A DNA stretch of 64,000 nucleotides from Octopus sinensis. Taxonomy: Eukaryota. Position 1 is the first letter of the stretch, and each line of letters starts with the position of its first letter. The translations under genes and the position numbers were made by a program. The stretch is from NCBI RefSeq assembly GCF_006345805.1, contig NC_043007.1:12586001-12650000 (forward strand), given 5' to 3'. The notes under the pieces were generated by a model. It saw only the letters and a list, made by a program, of their open reading frames with translations, was not told where the DNA came from and ran no database searches. Of the stretch, positions 37,942-51,552 are shown one piece after another.

Positions 37942-38198
37942 TGGAAGTGGACACATAAAGATGGAAATCCTCTTATCAGCCATGGAGACCAGAATCAACA
38001 TAGTTTTGGTGTGTTTAAAGTCAAAGATCTTTACATTAATTCCATGGTATAACTCCCTCGGTTGTGCCAATGATACTGAATATCACTGAAATGGTGAGCA
38101 TACAATGATGAAATATGAGGGACACCAGCAGGCAACTGAAATGACAGACAGACAGACACAATATAGTAATGTAAGATATATATACATTTGTACATGTA

Positions 38199-38432
38199 TA
38201 AGGCGGCAAGCTGGCAGAAATGTTAGCACGCCGGGCGAAATGCTTAGCAGTATTTCATCTGCCGTTACGTTCTGAGTTCAAATTCCGCCGAGGTCGACTT
38301 TGCTTTTCATCCTTTTCGGGGTCGATAAATAAAGTACTAGTTTCGCACTGGGGTCGATGTAATCGACTTAATACGCTTGTCTGTCCTTGTTTGTCCCCTC
38401 TGTGTTTAGCCCCTTGTGGGTAGTAAAGAAAT
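38199..38432 (+). mobile_element. SINE B monomer with about 20-bp TSD
   Basis: ATATATATACATTTGTACATGT at 38176-38197 and 38431-38452. Confidence 0.9.
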
Positions 38433-38875
38433 ATATATACATTTGTACATGTGGGTATAAAACACACACACACACACAGAGCAGTGGTGGTCCTTTGAAC
38501 AGGGCAAGGAAAACACAACACTGAGTAATGGCTTGAAAGAGAAAGAAACTGTCACAAACTGAAAGAAAAGACAAGAAGTAAAGGTTGTCTGACTTCAAAG
38601 AAATTTTTAATAGCAAAGGCTGGATAGGATTGAAGAACTATTTCCCTGTCCCTCTCCCCCAATTTCCTTTTTTTTTTCTTTCTATTTACTCTCCTTGGCC
38701 TTCTTTCCCTCTTTCCCTACCCACAGCTAGCATTACCACTGAGGGCCAATCCCAAAATTCTTCTATCCTATTTTTATTGAAAATTTCATTGATGTAAAAC
38801 GCCCCTTACTTGTCTTTTCCTTCTGTTTGAGACCAACAGTTTCCAATTTGTTTCTTCCACAGCTATTACTCAGTG

Positions 38876-38921
38876 ATGTGTGTGTGTAATTATATATATA
38901 TATATAATTACACACACACAT
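38876..38921. repeat. Perfect 46-bp microsatellite palindrome
   Basis: ATGTGTGTGTGTAATTA(TA)nTAATTACACACACACAT. Confidence 0.85.
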
Positions 38922-39719
38922 ACACACACATATATATATGATGAACAGGAACTGGTGTCTTGCTGTAAGGGAGATACATGGTTACCACAAGGTGTGTGTG
39001 TACATGTACGCGCATGTATGTACATTTTATAACAAGAATAGTCTGTTACCAGACAGGCTTGCGACTTACAAAAAACAGTTACTGTCTTTATAAAGTGACT
39101 GAATTTAACAATTTCTCTTTCAACAATCCATACTCTATATGATTTTCTTTTCTTTTTTTTTTTCTAAAATGAGATAATACTGCATTTTTTTATTTTTCAA
39201 TCACTAAGTACATTCTTTCTACATTAAAAGTTAGTGTCTGAAAATAGCCAGTCATTACTTCCCAAGTATGCAAATTACTCCTTCAAAATTTTGTTGGTCA
39301 TTCTTTTAAAATTAGTCGACGGTTTCTCAGTTTGAGAAACTGTTGCCTAATGATAGCCGATGACTCAATAACAGCGCTTAACAATATTGCTATGGCCTGT
39401 TTCAAAGATTATAATATTTGTTTTTTGTTGTTTTTGTTTAGCTGATTAGGGCTGGCATTTCATGTGTTCTTGGTAAATTTAATTCATACCATTAAGGGGT
39501 GAGTGACCTTTTGAATGTCCGCAAATCATCACCTGAAGAAATTTTCCAAAGTGATTAATAAAGTTTCTCTGATTCTAAGCTCAACACTGTATAGTGCTCC
39601 TTCAAAAGTATATTTTCTTATTCATCCCATCACCTTACTTTCACCTCTTGTTATTTCGATACTTTCACTAAAACAAGATAACATGCACAATGCTTCTGTC
39701 CCCAAAAAAGAAAAACCAC

Positions 39720-39926
39720 ACCCCAGTGTCATGCAAATGGCATCTGTGCTGGTGGCACATAAAAGCACCCATTACACTCTTGGAGTGGTTGGCATTAGGA
39801 AGAGCATCCAGCTGTAGAAAACCATGCCAAATCAGACTGGAGTGTAGTGCAGCCTTCCAGCATGCCAGACCAGTCTAACCGTCCAACCCATGCTAGCATG
39901 GAAAGCGGATGTTAAATGATGATGAT
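39720..39926 (+). mobile_element. Family C retroelement, short
   Basis: Core plus (GAT)n tail. Confidence 0.8.
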
Positions 39927-40202
39927 GGAAAGTTTTATCACTTTAGAACTTCTCCATATGCTTCTTGAAGTCCTCTTTTTTTTTTTTTTTTACCAGGATC
40001 ATCTCTTCTACATTCTGTTCATTCAAGTCTTTGCAATTTATAGATTTAATACTTTGATTCTCCATCATCATCATCATACACACATCTCACCATGTTTGCA
40101 TTGGCTGGTTGGGTCTTCCCTACCACAGCATTTCACCATATGTAGGTAGTGGTGGTGCAGTAGCTACCCAGCTGAGTGAAGAGGCTTCATTGTTGTTAAA
40201 AT

Positions 40203-40430
40203 AGGTTGGCGAGCTGGCAGACACGTTAGCGCGCTGGGCGAAATGCTTATTTCGTCTGTCGTTACGTTCCGAGTTCAAATTCCGCCGAGGTCGACCTTGC
40301 CTTTCATCCTTTGGGGGTCGATAAATAAAGTACCAGTTTCGCACTGGTGTCGATGTAATCGACTTAATCACTTTGTCTGTCCTTGTTTGTCCCCTCTATG
40401 TTTAGCCCCTTGTGGGCAATAAAGAAATAT
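40203..40430 (+). mobile_element. SINE B monomer
   Basis: Similarity to other B copies. Confidence 0.85.
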
Positions 40431-41197
40431 ATAATACTTCTGGTGATAGGGGGCTGGCATTGGGTTACCATTAAAATAAAACTGTAATCATCACAAGGGT
40501 TTATTTCTGATCATCTTCAGTTTTATCTGTTTTGGAAATTATTGCTTATAATACCATTTTTTGATGGCATCCAAGTCAATGTAGAGTACAGTGTAAAAAT
40601 GTAGTATAACACATTCAAACAGTCACACTCTTTCCAAATACTGCTGCAATTCACATGGACCTTTTGGTCCTCCAAAGACATTTTGGTGTATAAGTCAACC
40701 TACCTTTTTTGGCTGTAAATTTAGGTCTGAAAAATTTGACTTGAAAACCGAAAAATACAGTAATTAATTTAGAATTTTTAGTGAATGGTAGTGTCTTCTT
40801 GACTAATCTAAGATTTGGGTCACATCAAATTGTATGACTTACATATTAAGATCAGGTGTTTAAAATTTTCCAAATAGCTCTATAGATTTTAAATCTTAGC
40901 TGATTGCTTATTGTCGGAGTAGAAGACAGAGCTTTCAATATTTCCTACTATAAATCTACATTTTTGTTTTTTAGTTTATAATTGTTAGTTTTTCATTAAT
41001 TAAGATTTAATTCATTAATTGCATTAGTAAACTTACTCAGAATGACAACCTCTAAAACAAGATTATATTTTAATTATTCAGTTTTTACTATTTTCTTTTT
41101 ACTATTTTCTTTTTACTTATTTTATTGTTATTTATAATGGAGGGGGGGAATAGTATAAGTCAAATGATAGCTTGTTGTTATATAGAAATAAATACAT

Positions 41198-41508
41198 GCA
41201 CAGGAGTGGCTGTGTGGTAAGAAGCTTGCTTCCCAACCACATGGTTCCGGGTTCAGTCTCACTGCATAGCGCCTTCTACTATAACCTCGAGCCGACCAAA
41301 GCCTTGTAAGTGGATTTGGTAGATGGAAACTGAAAGAAGCCTGTTTGTGTGTATGTGTGTATTTGTGTGTCTGTGTTTGACCCCCCACCATCACTTGACA
41401 ACCGATGGTGATGTGTTTACATCCCCATAACTTTGCAGTTTGGCAAAAGAGATTGATAGAGTAAGTACTAGGCTTACAAAGAATAAGACCTGGGGTCGAT
41501 TTGTTCGA
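41198..41508 (+). mobile_element. SINE family A lacking its 3' tail
   Basis: Head and body match; tail replaced by unrelated purine-rich sequence. Confidence 0.8.
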
Positions 41509-42250
41509 CAAGGAATCTTTGAGAGGGGAGGAGACATTGGAGGAGGTGATCTTGTGCCAGATGATGAAAGGTTAGAGTGTGACAGAGAGGCAGAAACAGA
41601 TGTCTTACTGCAGAGGAGGTACGTGGTTACCCAGCCAGGGAGGGAGAGGAAGAAAGGTAAAGAAATTGAGGCTCACTTTCGTTCATCTCCAATTTGTTTA
41701 CATAATAAGCTGAGGTTACACTACACATAGGCCCATTCTTTGCCTCGGGCATATGAATGATGTGCTTATCATTATTGAAAACATAGCTGACAGTCTGGAT
41801 TTTGAAGATAAACTGAAGACGAATTCAGATTTTAAAATACAAAACTAATATGTAACTATCATTTCTCTATGGACATATTGAATTCTCTAGGTATAACCTA
41901 ACAACTTTGGTATCTTCTTAGTGAGTATATATACTTTAACAGTGGTAACATGATGCCAGTAAAGATAATATTTTTCATCTGAAGAATCTATTTACTTTTT
42001 ATTCATAAATGACCTGCAAAAATAATCATGAGAATTAAACAAATCTTAACCTGCGATAAATGCCCTAACAAATAAACAACTGGAAATGATCCTTAAAAAT
42101 ATTGGTCTTTAAGGGTTGTAAGCTTTATAGTCCTTGATACATGATCTGTTTTAGGTATAGTATACCTCAGGCTATATTACAATGTCTTCTTTTTTTTCTT
42201 CTTAAGATGGGATGTGATTTCAGTGAGATATGGCTATTATTTCAGGCATA

Positions 42251-42415
42251 TCATCATCATCATCATCGTTTAACGTCCGTTTTCCATGTTAGCATGGGTT
42301 GGACGGCTTGACTGTGGGCTGGCGAACCAGATGGCTGCACCAGGCTCCAGTCTTGATCTGGCAGTTTCTACAGCTGGATGCCCTTCCTAACGCCAACTAC
42401 TCCGAGAGTGTAGTA
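42251..42415 (-). mobile_element. Family C retroelement, 5'-truncated
   Basis: Core plus tail only. Confidence 0.8.
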
Positions 42416-44035
42416 AAGTGACCAATTAGAAGTTATTTTGTGTCTGTGTGTATTGGTTTACTAATGTTTAGAACTCTATGTAAATCCAAATTTCAGTCAG
42501 GTATTAAGCATAATTTTCCTCCGATTTTCTTCCGGTGTTATGTACATTTGAATATAGGGTAACCGTTTCCATGGTGTTCTATTTTGTGAAGATGTCTTAT
42601 AGTAGCTAATATTTTAGTTTTAGCTACATACAAAACTCCTAATTTTTTGAGGTGCAGATGATATTGGTTTCCAGCTGCTATTTCATAGTAGGATTCCTAC
42701 ATAGTGGCAGAGGCATCTCAACATCATACCTTGACTTGCACCAATGGTTTAGCTGGATCATTTCAAATTCACAGCCAGAGCATTTGAATAACTTACAACA
42801 TTATAAGACTAACATCTTTTGTGTGTGTGTGTTTGTGTAATCATTTCAGTTTACTATTTTGTGTTTCATCCCATAGTTTAGTTCCATTCCAACGAGCTAA
42901 TTACAGGTCAGCAATTTGGAGCAATGCATGTATAAAGTAGTCTGTGTTTTTGTTATTATGGTAGTAAATGATAGAATCAGTAGTACTGCATAGTGTTCAA
43001 ATCCAGCCAAAGTCAGTTTCGCATTTAATTTGGGATGAAGATCAATAAAATATGAATCAAGGGCCGAAGTTAGTTAAGTTAAAGCTTCTCCACCAGTCTT
43101 TAGTATTGTGCATCATTTCATTGGTAGATGTTGGTCAAAGTGACATGTGGTATTCCACTACATACCTGTACATTCTATGTATTGAATTCCATTAAAGTCA
43201 ATTTACCTTTCAACCTTCTGAGATTAATAAAACAGGTATCATTCAAACTCTGCGTTTGATTTAATTGATGATGATGCTTCCCTCTAAATTTGCAGTTGCT
43301 TTGTGCATAAATTTTTACTACTACTACTACTACTACTACTACTGTAAACAGTAATGTTTTTTCTGCTTCTAGAAAAATCTATTGATCTCAAGACAATATC
43401 CATTCAAAGCTCCTTTGGTCTCCTCTGTTGCTATGTCCTCTCTTTCTTGTTTCTGTATTGATCACCTGGCACAATATTTCTCCCCTTAAAACATAATTTA
43501 CTAGCATTGAAAAACTTTCAAGATAACAAATAAGCTAGCATTTATTATCTCTTCCAATGTCACATTCTTTCTGAGGTCAACCACAATGACCTTTCTTCCC
43601 TCGATAAAAAGAATAAAAACAAAAAAAGTATGTCATTACTATAAATTATTTTCTTTCATTGTATGATTTTGTAACTAATTCATTGACATGACCATTTAAT
43701 AATAATCTGTGAGAAACAAAGATTTCTAAAGGATTTAATCATTGTAAAGGCAATGTTTGGTCTTACAATTGTTTTAAAGCTATAAGAAAAATGAAAAAAA
43801 AAAAAAATGGTATTGTTGATAGTAAAAGGTATCCTTTCTAATGGAGAGGAGAAGGTTTTAATCTGGTTTTGGAATCTTTGCACTATTTCAGTTAAAAGTA
43901 TTAAAAGGATTTATTTCTTGTTAAATTGCTATATAACCCTTTCATATTCAAACCAGTCATATCAGGTTCAAATATTCTTCCTGTTCTGTGTTCAAACTGC
44001 ACAGATCAGGCTTCTCACTAACCCTTACTATGTCA

Positions 44036-44466
44036 GGATCTTTTCGGTTTGAACGGCAGTTTTTTCTAGCGGTGTCATATGAAATTGTCACCCATAATTA
44101 TGACCCTAGTATCGATCTATTGCATTTCAATCTATTTTAGTGTTAGGTTTAGTTACGGTTAGTTAGGGGTGGGGAGAAGGGTATCTTTTTTTCTTCACAA
44201 ATGTAAATAAACCCAATCTGTTTCTTAAATGAGGGACATATTCATACGGCACAAAATGTTTTTTTACCTCAATAGACATCAGTGATTGGTTGAAATTGCA
44301 GAAATTGAAGAAAAAAAAACAACAAATATCTTACAAACTATAGAATTTTCTCAATAAAGCCAAGAGAAAAAGATGTTTTATAAACACATTCTACCAGTAT
44401 ACGAAGTTTAAAATTTTTTAGTTACCTAGAAATTGTTAAAAACTGCCGTTCAAACCGAAAAGATCC
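44036..44466. mobile_element. MITE with about 29-bp TIRs, flanked by 128-bp direct repeats
   Basis: GGATCTTTTCGGTTTGAACGGCAGTTTTT ... AAAAACTGCCGTTCAAACCGAAAAGATCC; DRs 43908-44035 and 44468-44595. Confidence 0.9.
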
Positions 44467-44492
44467 AGATTTATTTCTTGTTAAATTGCTAT

Positions 44493-44707
44493 ATAACCCT
44501 TTCGTATTCAAACCAGCCATATCAGGTCCAAATATTCTTCCTGTTCTCTGTTCAAACTGCACAGATCAGGCTTCTCACTAACCCTTACTATGTCATTCTA
44601 AAAACAATTGCATCTCAAAGACATGAGATAATGTATGACAAATTCAAAACAGTGTGAATAAATAAGCATTACATTTGACAGAGGGGTCTGAAAGCTGAAG
44701 GGTTAAA
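44493..44707 (+). mobile_element. piggyBac-like MITE family H
   Basis: TATAA-CCCTTTCGTATTC ... GAAAGCTGAAGGG-TTAA; its first about 100 bp are duplicated at 43933-44035. Confidence 0.65.
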
Positions 44708-44862
44708 TAATGCAAAATATATTCTGAAGATAATTATCACTTTCCAAGAATTCCAGTTCAGTTTCATTTCTCGGCTAAAATCATTTATTTTCTTTCTCTT
44801 TCATTTTTATTTGTAGTCAGTTGCACTTTCTGATTGCTTAGTATGTTGGTGGAGTACAAGTG

Positions 44863-45162
44863 GTTGTTGTTTGTTCCTTCTCGAGCCATGCCTGGCTCAT
44901 TAGGGCCGGTTTCCTTGGTGTATAGATTCCCCACCTGGACGGGATGCCGGTCCGTCACAGGTGAGCTGCAAGATGCAGGAGGAAAGAGTGAGAGAAAGTT
45001 GTGGCGAAAGAGTCAGCAGAAGATTGTCATTACCTTCTGCCGGAGCCGCGTGGAGCATAGGTGTTTTGCTGATAAACACGCACATCACCCGGTCTGAGAT
45101 TCGAACCGGCGATCCCTCGACCGCGAGTCTGCTGCTCTGACCACTAGGCCATGTACCTCCAC
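44863..45162 (-). mobile_element. SINE family I (tRNA-derived head, (CAA)n-like tail)
   Basis: Minus strand GGAGGTACATGGCCTAGTGGTCAGAGC (A box), GGTTCGAATCTC (B box), non-tRNA body. Confidence 0.75.
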
Positions 45163-45599
45163 CACAAGTGGTAGATTGGTAGAATTGATAGAGCAGCAGG
45201 TGAACTAAATGCCTTGTGTTACTTAGTAACATCTCTTTATTCTTGGAGCTCAGTTTCCACAGAGGCTGATGTAGCTTGCACACAGTGGAGGTGGGAGGGG
45301 TGACAATCATAATAAGCATAATGAATAAGCCAAAGGAGTGATGCATAATGGATATCTCTGAACCTTGTACAAGTCAAGATCCTTTCGTGGCAAAGAGCCA
45401 TTTGTACCATGCGGAATTCACTGAAATGAAACACATACCGGTGTCTGCCATGCAAGTTTTATTTGGTCAAAAGCAGACCCCAGCAGGTTGCCATTGAAGT
45501 TGAACCAATGGCAATTAAGCAGTGAGTATAGCATTTGGACACATACACAAGTCCACTGCTGTTGACCAAATAAGTATTAAATGGTAATGTAATCTGTGG

Positions 45600-45990
45600 A
45601 AGTCGAAATCAAACTCGGTGACTGGCATCCATCGCTAGTGGAGCGCTAAGAGTACCATATGAGTGAGATCGTTGCCAGAGCAACAAGCTGGCCTTCGTGC
45701 CGATGGCACGTAAACACACCATTCGAGTGTGATCGTTACTGTGTCACCTTACTAGCAGGTGGCACATAAAATGCACCATTTGGGCGTGGCCGTTGCCAGT
45801 ACCACCAAACTGGCCCTCGTGCCAGTGGCACTTAAAAGCACCCACTGCACTCTCAGAGTGGTTAGCATTAGGAAGGGCATCCAGCTGTAGAAACTCTGCC
45901 AGATCAGATTGGAGTCTGGTTCGCCAGACCTCAGTCATCGTCCAACCCATGCTAGCGTGGAAAGCGGACGTTAAATGATGATGATGATGA
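45600..45990 (+). mobile_element. Family C retroelement with monomer array
   Basis: Three monomers, core, (GAT)n tail. Confidence 0.85.
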
Positions 45991-46744
45991 TAAGCAATAT
46001 CCAACTGTAACTATAGCCATGGGTAGAACACCTTAAGTGGTTCTAGATCTGCTCAGGCTTGACCTGTGGTCAAACATCATAATGTGGATAATGATAAAAA
46101 TAAATTTCTCCGTGCCTGAGAAAGAAATCATCTGAGTAAAATAGTGTTCAAGTTGTGTCATATGTTAAATCTATCAGAAAAATTAAGTATTTCAGTTATT
46201 TATTGTACTATATTAGTTGTGTAAGTATTTTATTACTGTCGTGATAGTTCCAGTGTCGAGAAAAATTTAGCTATTGATTTAATAATGTGATTACTAAATT
46301 TCATTAATGTGAAGTTATTAACTACAAAACACTGCTATTACATTTTAAATGCCAAAGACATCTGAATATCTAAGCTTTTTTGCTTTTCAGTATACTTAAT
46401 AATTATTTCTTGTTAACTCGTTAATTACTCACTCATTCTTTTTGGCTAATTATTCATTCTTTAAGATTTTTTTTTAAAGTCTGAATGTCTCACAATTTAC
46501 ACTGTGATTAATAACCTAAATAGTTATGAGCCAACAATGGAGCCTCTATGCAATTGCCTGGTCTGCTAGAAATAGCAACCAAATTTCCCTCAAATCACAT
46601 CTTGTCATCGTTAGTAAGGAAAGGACACATTGGACAAAGTAGTTCTACATTGTCAGCTGGATGACTATTGTTGGATTGTCTATGATAAGGAGGTCAACTC
46701 AGTTATTTTTCTATTATAATTCCATTAATATCTAGGTTGATGCC

Positions 46745-46935
46745 AGCCCCCTGTGCCGGTGGCACGTAAAAAAGCACCCACTACACTCTCAGTGTTGGCA
46801 TTAGGAAGGGCATCCAGCTGTAGAAACACTGCCAGATCAGACTGGAGCCTGGTGCAGCCTCCTGGCTTCCCAGACCCCCGTCAAACCATCCAACTCATGC
46901 CAGCATGGAAAACGGACATTAGACAATGATGATGA
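46745..46935 (+). mobile_element. Family C retroelement, short
   Basis: GTGCCGGTGGCACGTAAAAAAGCACC plus core. Confidence 0.85.
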
Positions 46936-47696
46936 ATATTAGGAATCAGTCCGAGTATTTGACTGCTATTTAATTTTATCAACCCTGGAAGTATGACAAT
47001 CAAGGTTAGCCTTGGCAGTATTTGAACTCAGAGATGGCTGCAAATATAACCATCAGCATTTTTAATGATTCAGCCATTTCACTGCTTAAACATTTCTTTT
47101 TTGATTTTTCTTTCTCGGGTAGTTTTCTTCTATTTCTCTTCAGCTTCTCTATTATTTAAAGTGAATGCTGGAGGTTTTCTATCAGACAGTGAAAAATTAC
47201 TAATAACAACAGTGTATTGGCTGAAAGTACTTCATTCAAAAATTTGTCATTAACACTTGCGTTGTGGTTTCATAACAAAACCATTTGACTGAGTAAAATA
47301 CAGAATCGATGAAATTCAATGATGCACTGCACCAGCCTGGAATGTTAAATTCTTTGCTGTTTGAGACAATTGAATTTGACAAAATTTTTCTAAGGCATTG
47401 ATTTGGTGGTGGTCTTAGATTGTCTGATTGAAATGCTTAACTGCATTATTTTTGATTCTCTTCCCCAGTGGTTCCCAAAATGGGTGGTACTGCCCCTTTG
47501 GGGGCAGTGGAAAGATCCGGGGTGGCAGGGCTTTGAAGAAGAGTGGGGTGATAATGGGATGGCCTAAAGGAGTCAATGGATGTGAAAAAAAAAAAGAACC
47601 ACCAAATTAATGGGTTAATTAGGGTTTTATGTGTGAATTGTTGGTGATTTTTTTCTTGTATATTCTGGTTTTTTTTTCTTTGGATTAACTATATAT

Positions 47697-48109
47697 ACTC
47701 TTTACTCTTTTACTTGTTTCAGTCATTTGACTGCGGCCATGCTGGAGCACCACCTTTAATCGAGCAACTCAACCCCGGGACTTATTCTTTTGTAAGCCCA
47801 GTACTTATTCTATCGGTCTCTTTTGCCGAACCGCTAAGTGACGGGGACATAAACACACCAGCATCGGTTGTCAAGCAATGCTCGGGGACAAACACAGACA
47901 CACAAACACACACACGCATACACATATATATATATATACATATATACGATGGGCTTCTTTCAGTTTCCATCTACCAAATCCACTCACAAGGCTTTGGTCG
48001 GCCCGAGGCTGTAGTAGAAGATACTTACCCAAGGTGCCACGCAGTGGGACTGAACCCGGAACCATGCGGTTGGTAGACAAGCTACTTACCACACAGCCAC
48101 TCCTGCGCC
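47697..48109 (-). mobile_element. SINE family A
   Basis: Near-identical to 3992-4390. Confidence 0.9.
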
Positions 48110-48123
48110 TATGTGTGTGTGTG

Positions 48124-48163
<40 letters not shown>

Positions 48164-48367
48164 CATGCACACACATGTATGTGCGCACTCTGACCCACAC
48201 ACTGCACACAAACAAACAAAAAGAACGCAGTTCAGATAATGGACAGTCAACTATTGAAAAGGTTGCAAGAGGCAATGAAAATTTTAGGAAAAATAAATGT
48301 GTGGAAACTTTACCAGTAAGTGTGTTAAATAATAAGGCATCAAAGAGAATGACTCTCCCCAGACACA

Positions 48368-48433
<66 letters not shown>

Positions 48434-49438
48434 TTGTGTTTGTCCTTCCTCCTGCTATTTGACAACTGGTGTTGGTTTGTTTATGTCCTTGTAACTTAGC
48501 AGTTCAGCAAAAGGGACTGATAGAAGAAGTACTGGACTTAAAGCAAAAGAAGTACTGGGCCAGTTTATTTACTTAAGTAAAAGATAAAGTAGAAGATAAA
48601 AGATATCTCTGCTTAGTCTTAATATTATACTGAAATACACTTGAAACGAGCTTAGTATTTGATTGGTACTTTATTTTATCAATTGCAGACAGAACAAATG
48701 GCAAAGCTAACTTTGGCAGGATTTGAACTTGCTGTATTTAAATAGTGCAGGCATTTTGTCTGACGCTATGTGTAGCTTTTCTGTCAATCCACCCCAGTAA
48801 CCCAATTGAGAGTAGATATTCTTTTGAGGCGTAGTAGTTAGCAACAGCAGGAAGAACATTCACCTGTAAAACTGCTCCAGAAATTAATAATTCAGCTTGA
48901 AAAGAATCAAGTTTGTAAGAACACTCAACTTGCAGGTTATGGAGAGATTGGATATAAAGGAATTATGTCTAAAAAAAAAAAAAATTTTTTTTCACAAAAT
49001 GGGTTATTGTTTTGGCACACCCTTACTTTTGCTGTTTTTACTGGTTTCAGGATTGTGGCCTTTGAAGATATAAGTCTATCAAGTTGACTCAGTAACCCTT
49101 ATCAGTTTATGTTGAAGTGTCTGGTATATGTATATTTTATCAGTCTTTTTCTTTCTCTTTTATCAAACCACTTATTTATGAGAGGGTAGCATGAACAAGT
49201 TGTCAAATAATGACACAGACACAGACACAGCTGATGATACATACTCACTATAGGGTTTCACACAATCTCCGTTTGCCGAATTCACTCAAGGTCTGGGATT
49301 ATAGTTGAAAACACAGAGGGCTCAACATTGAGGCTGAACCCAAAACCACATGGTTTTAAAACTAACTTTGTAACCACACACCCAATAATTCTTTTTTGCT
49401 TTAACAAAGTGAAGTTGTAAGGTACTGCGCGAGTGGAA

Positions 49439-49761
49439 ATATATATGAAAGAAGGTTTGAAAATGCAATTTTGAAAGGTGTTTATTCACTTGACCGATTT
49501 CACTTTTTTAGAAAAAGATTGTCAATAGTAAAATGTAAAGCTTTGTATAAGCTTTGTTGTGTTAAGTACTAGTTGTCACAAAAGTATTAAAATAGATATA
49601 TATCATAGAATGTATATATGTATTTTAATACTTTTGTGACAACTGGTACTTATCACAACAAAGCTTATACAAAGCTTTACATTTTACTGACAACCTTTTT
49701 TCTAAAAAAGTGAAACTAGTCAAGTGAATAAACATCTTTAAAATTGCATTTTTAAACCTTC

Positions 49762-49772
<11 letters not shown>
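49439..49772. repeat. Large imperfect inverted repeat (about 160-bp arms, about 10-nt loop); foldback/MITE-like
   Basis: ATATATGAAAGAAGGTTTGAAAATGC...GTCACAAAAGTATTAAAATA paired with TATTTTAATACTTTTGTGAC...AAACCTTCTTTCATATAT. Confidence 0.9.
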
Positions 49773-49826
<54 letters not shown>

Positions 49827-50005
49827 CATGTGGTGCCATGTAGAAGCACCCAGCACACTCTGTAAAGTGGTTAGCATTAGGATAGGTATACAGCTGTAGA
49901 AACCATGCCAAATCAGACGGAAGTCTGGCACAGCTTGCCAGCTCTGGTCAAGCTGTCCAACACATACCAGCATTGACAATGGATGTTAAAGGATGATGGT
50001 GATGG

Positions 50006-50040
<35 letters not shown>

Positions 50041-50370
50041 CCTCGGCTGACCAAAGCCTTGTGAGTGGATTTGGTAGACGGAAACTGGAAGAAGCCTGTT
50101 GTGTATGTATGTGTGTGTCTGTGTTTGTCCCCCAACATCGCTTGACAACCAATGCTGGTGTGTTTACGTCCCCATAACTTAGCAGTCCGGCAAAAAACAC
50201 CGATAGAATAGGCTTACAAAGAATAAGTCCTGGAGTCAATTTGCTCAACTAAAGGTAGTGCTCCAGCATGGCCACAGTCAAATTACTAAAACAAGTAAAA
50301 GAGTATATATATCAATATATATATATATATATATATATATATCAATATACACACACACACACACACACTC

Positions 50371-50407
<37 letters not shown>

Positions 50408-50458
50408 ATACAAATTTATACATATATAAATTTATATAAATAAGGATAAGATCGTTAT

Positions 50459-51552
50459 TTAACCCTTTCGTTACCAAACCGCCCCAAGCCGCCCGAAAAA
50501 ACTTTTGGTTAATGTGACCAAACCGACCAAACCCACCCGTATTTACCTATTCATATTTAAATGAGAATATCAGAGCAAATCTTTTTAGTACATTCGTGAA
50601 AACACGTGATTATACTTCGTAAACAGTTCAGCTACAGTTTTGTACAACAATCGAAGTGTAATTTTAGTTCCGTGAATTTTGGGAGATTTTTTTCCGAAAT
50701 TTGTTCCTATTGTGTTTTCAAAATTTGTAATTCTGACAAAAAATGGATACGAATTTCATTATATCAAGCAGTGAGTCAGAATTCAAAGGATTTTCTACTG
50801 AAGACCTTCATAAATCTAACTCTATGACTGAAAAAAAAAAGCACGTGGTATTTGATAATGAATCTGATGTTTCATTTTCCGAAAGTGAAAACAGTGAATC
50901 CGAGAGCTCCAACAGCGATAAAGAAAATGAATTGGCACCTGAATGGAGTGAAAATTTAAAAACTGTTTCTTTCGGTGATTTTTCTGAAGAAACTGGACCA
51001 AGTCACAGACTTTCCCAGAAGAGTAAAGCCTTAGACTATTTCTTTTTACTTTTTCGAATGAGTCTATTTGAACTCATTACGGCGGAAACGAACCGTTACG
51101 CTAAATGTAAACAAAACGAAAGAAAGGATAGTTAGTGGTTTCCCATAACCTTAAATGAAATTAAGACTATTTTGCCATAAATATTATTATGGGTATCAGA
51201 AAGTTACCCAGAATGACAAATTCTATCGTAAAATTTTGTTGTATACCCAGTTGAATATTAGCTAATAACCCATTTTCTATAGCGATGTTTGAACAAAATT
51301 TTTATAATTTTATATTTTGTTGAATTTACCTGTACTACCTGCAATTAGAGTCACTTTGTGACAAAAATTATAGCATAGAATTGGTTGAGAACATTTCATT
51401 AAATTATCTTCCAAAATTCACGTTAATATATTGATAAATAAAAAAGTTATAATTGTTTAATGAAACCAGACTAAATTTATGATTATGTTAGAAATTAATT
51501 GAAACACATAAGGGGTGTATTTTGGTCAGAAATATAGTAACGAAAGAGTTAA
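50459..51552 (+). mobile_element. Internally deleted piggyBac transposon
   Basis: TTAA-CCCTTTCGTTAC (50463) ... GTAACGAAAGAG-TTAA (51548); contains a transposase N-terminal remnant. Confidence 0.9.
50743..51320 (+). pseudogene. piggyBac transposase N-terminal remnant
   Basis: Acidic S/E-rich N-terminus, then ALDYFFLLFRMSLFELITAETNRYA, stop at 51133-51135, WFPITLNEIK, frameshift, YFAINIIMGIRKLPRM; typical of piggyBac (DDE_Tnp_1_7) N-part; catalytic core absent. Confidence 0.85.

Noticed and set aside
41510-41640. Purine-rich stretch open in a plus frame and S/P-rich in a minus frame
   Set aside because: Low complexity, fused to a SINE, no recognisable family or paired splice sites
44145-44172. 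Telomere-like GGTTAG/TTAGGG degenerate motifs
   Set aside because: Short, degenerate and internal to a MITE; not an interstitial telomere array
47466-47620. hAT-like terminus CAGTGGTTCCCAAA
   Set aside because: No matching second TIR or 8-bp TSD found
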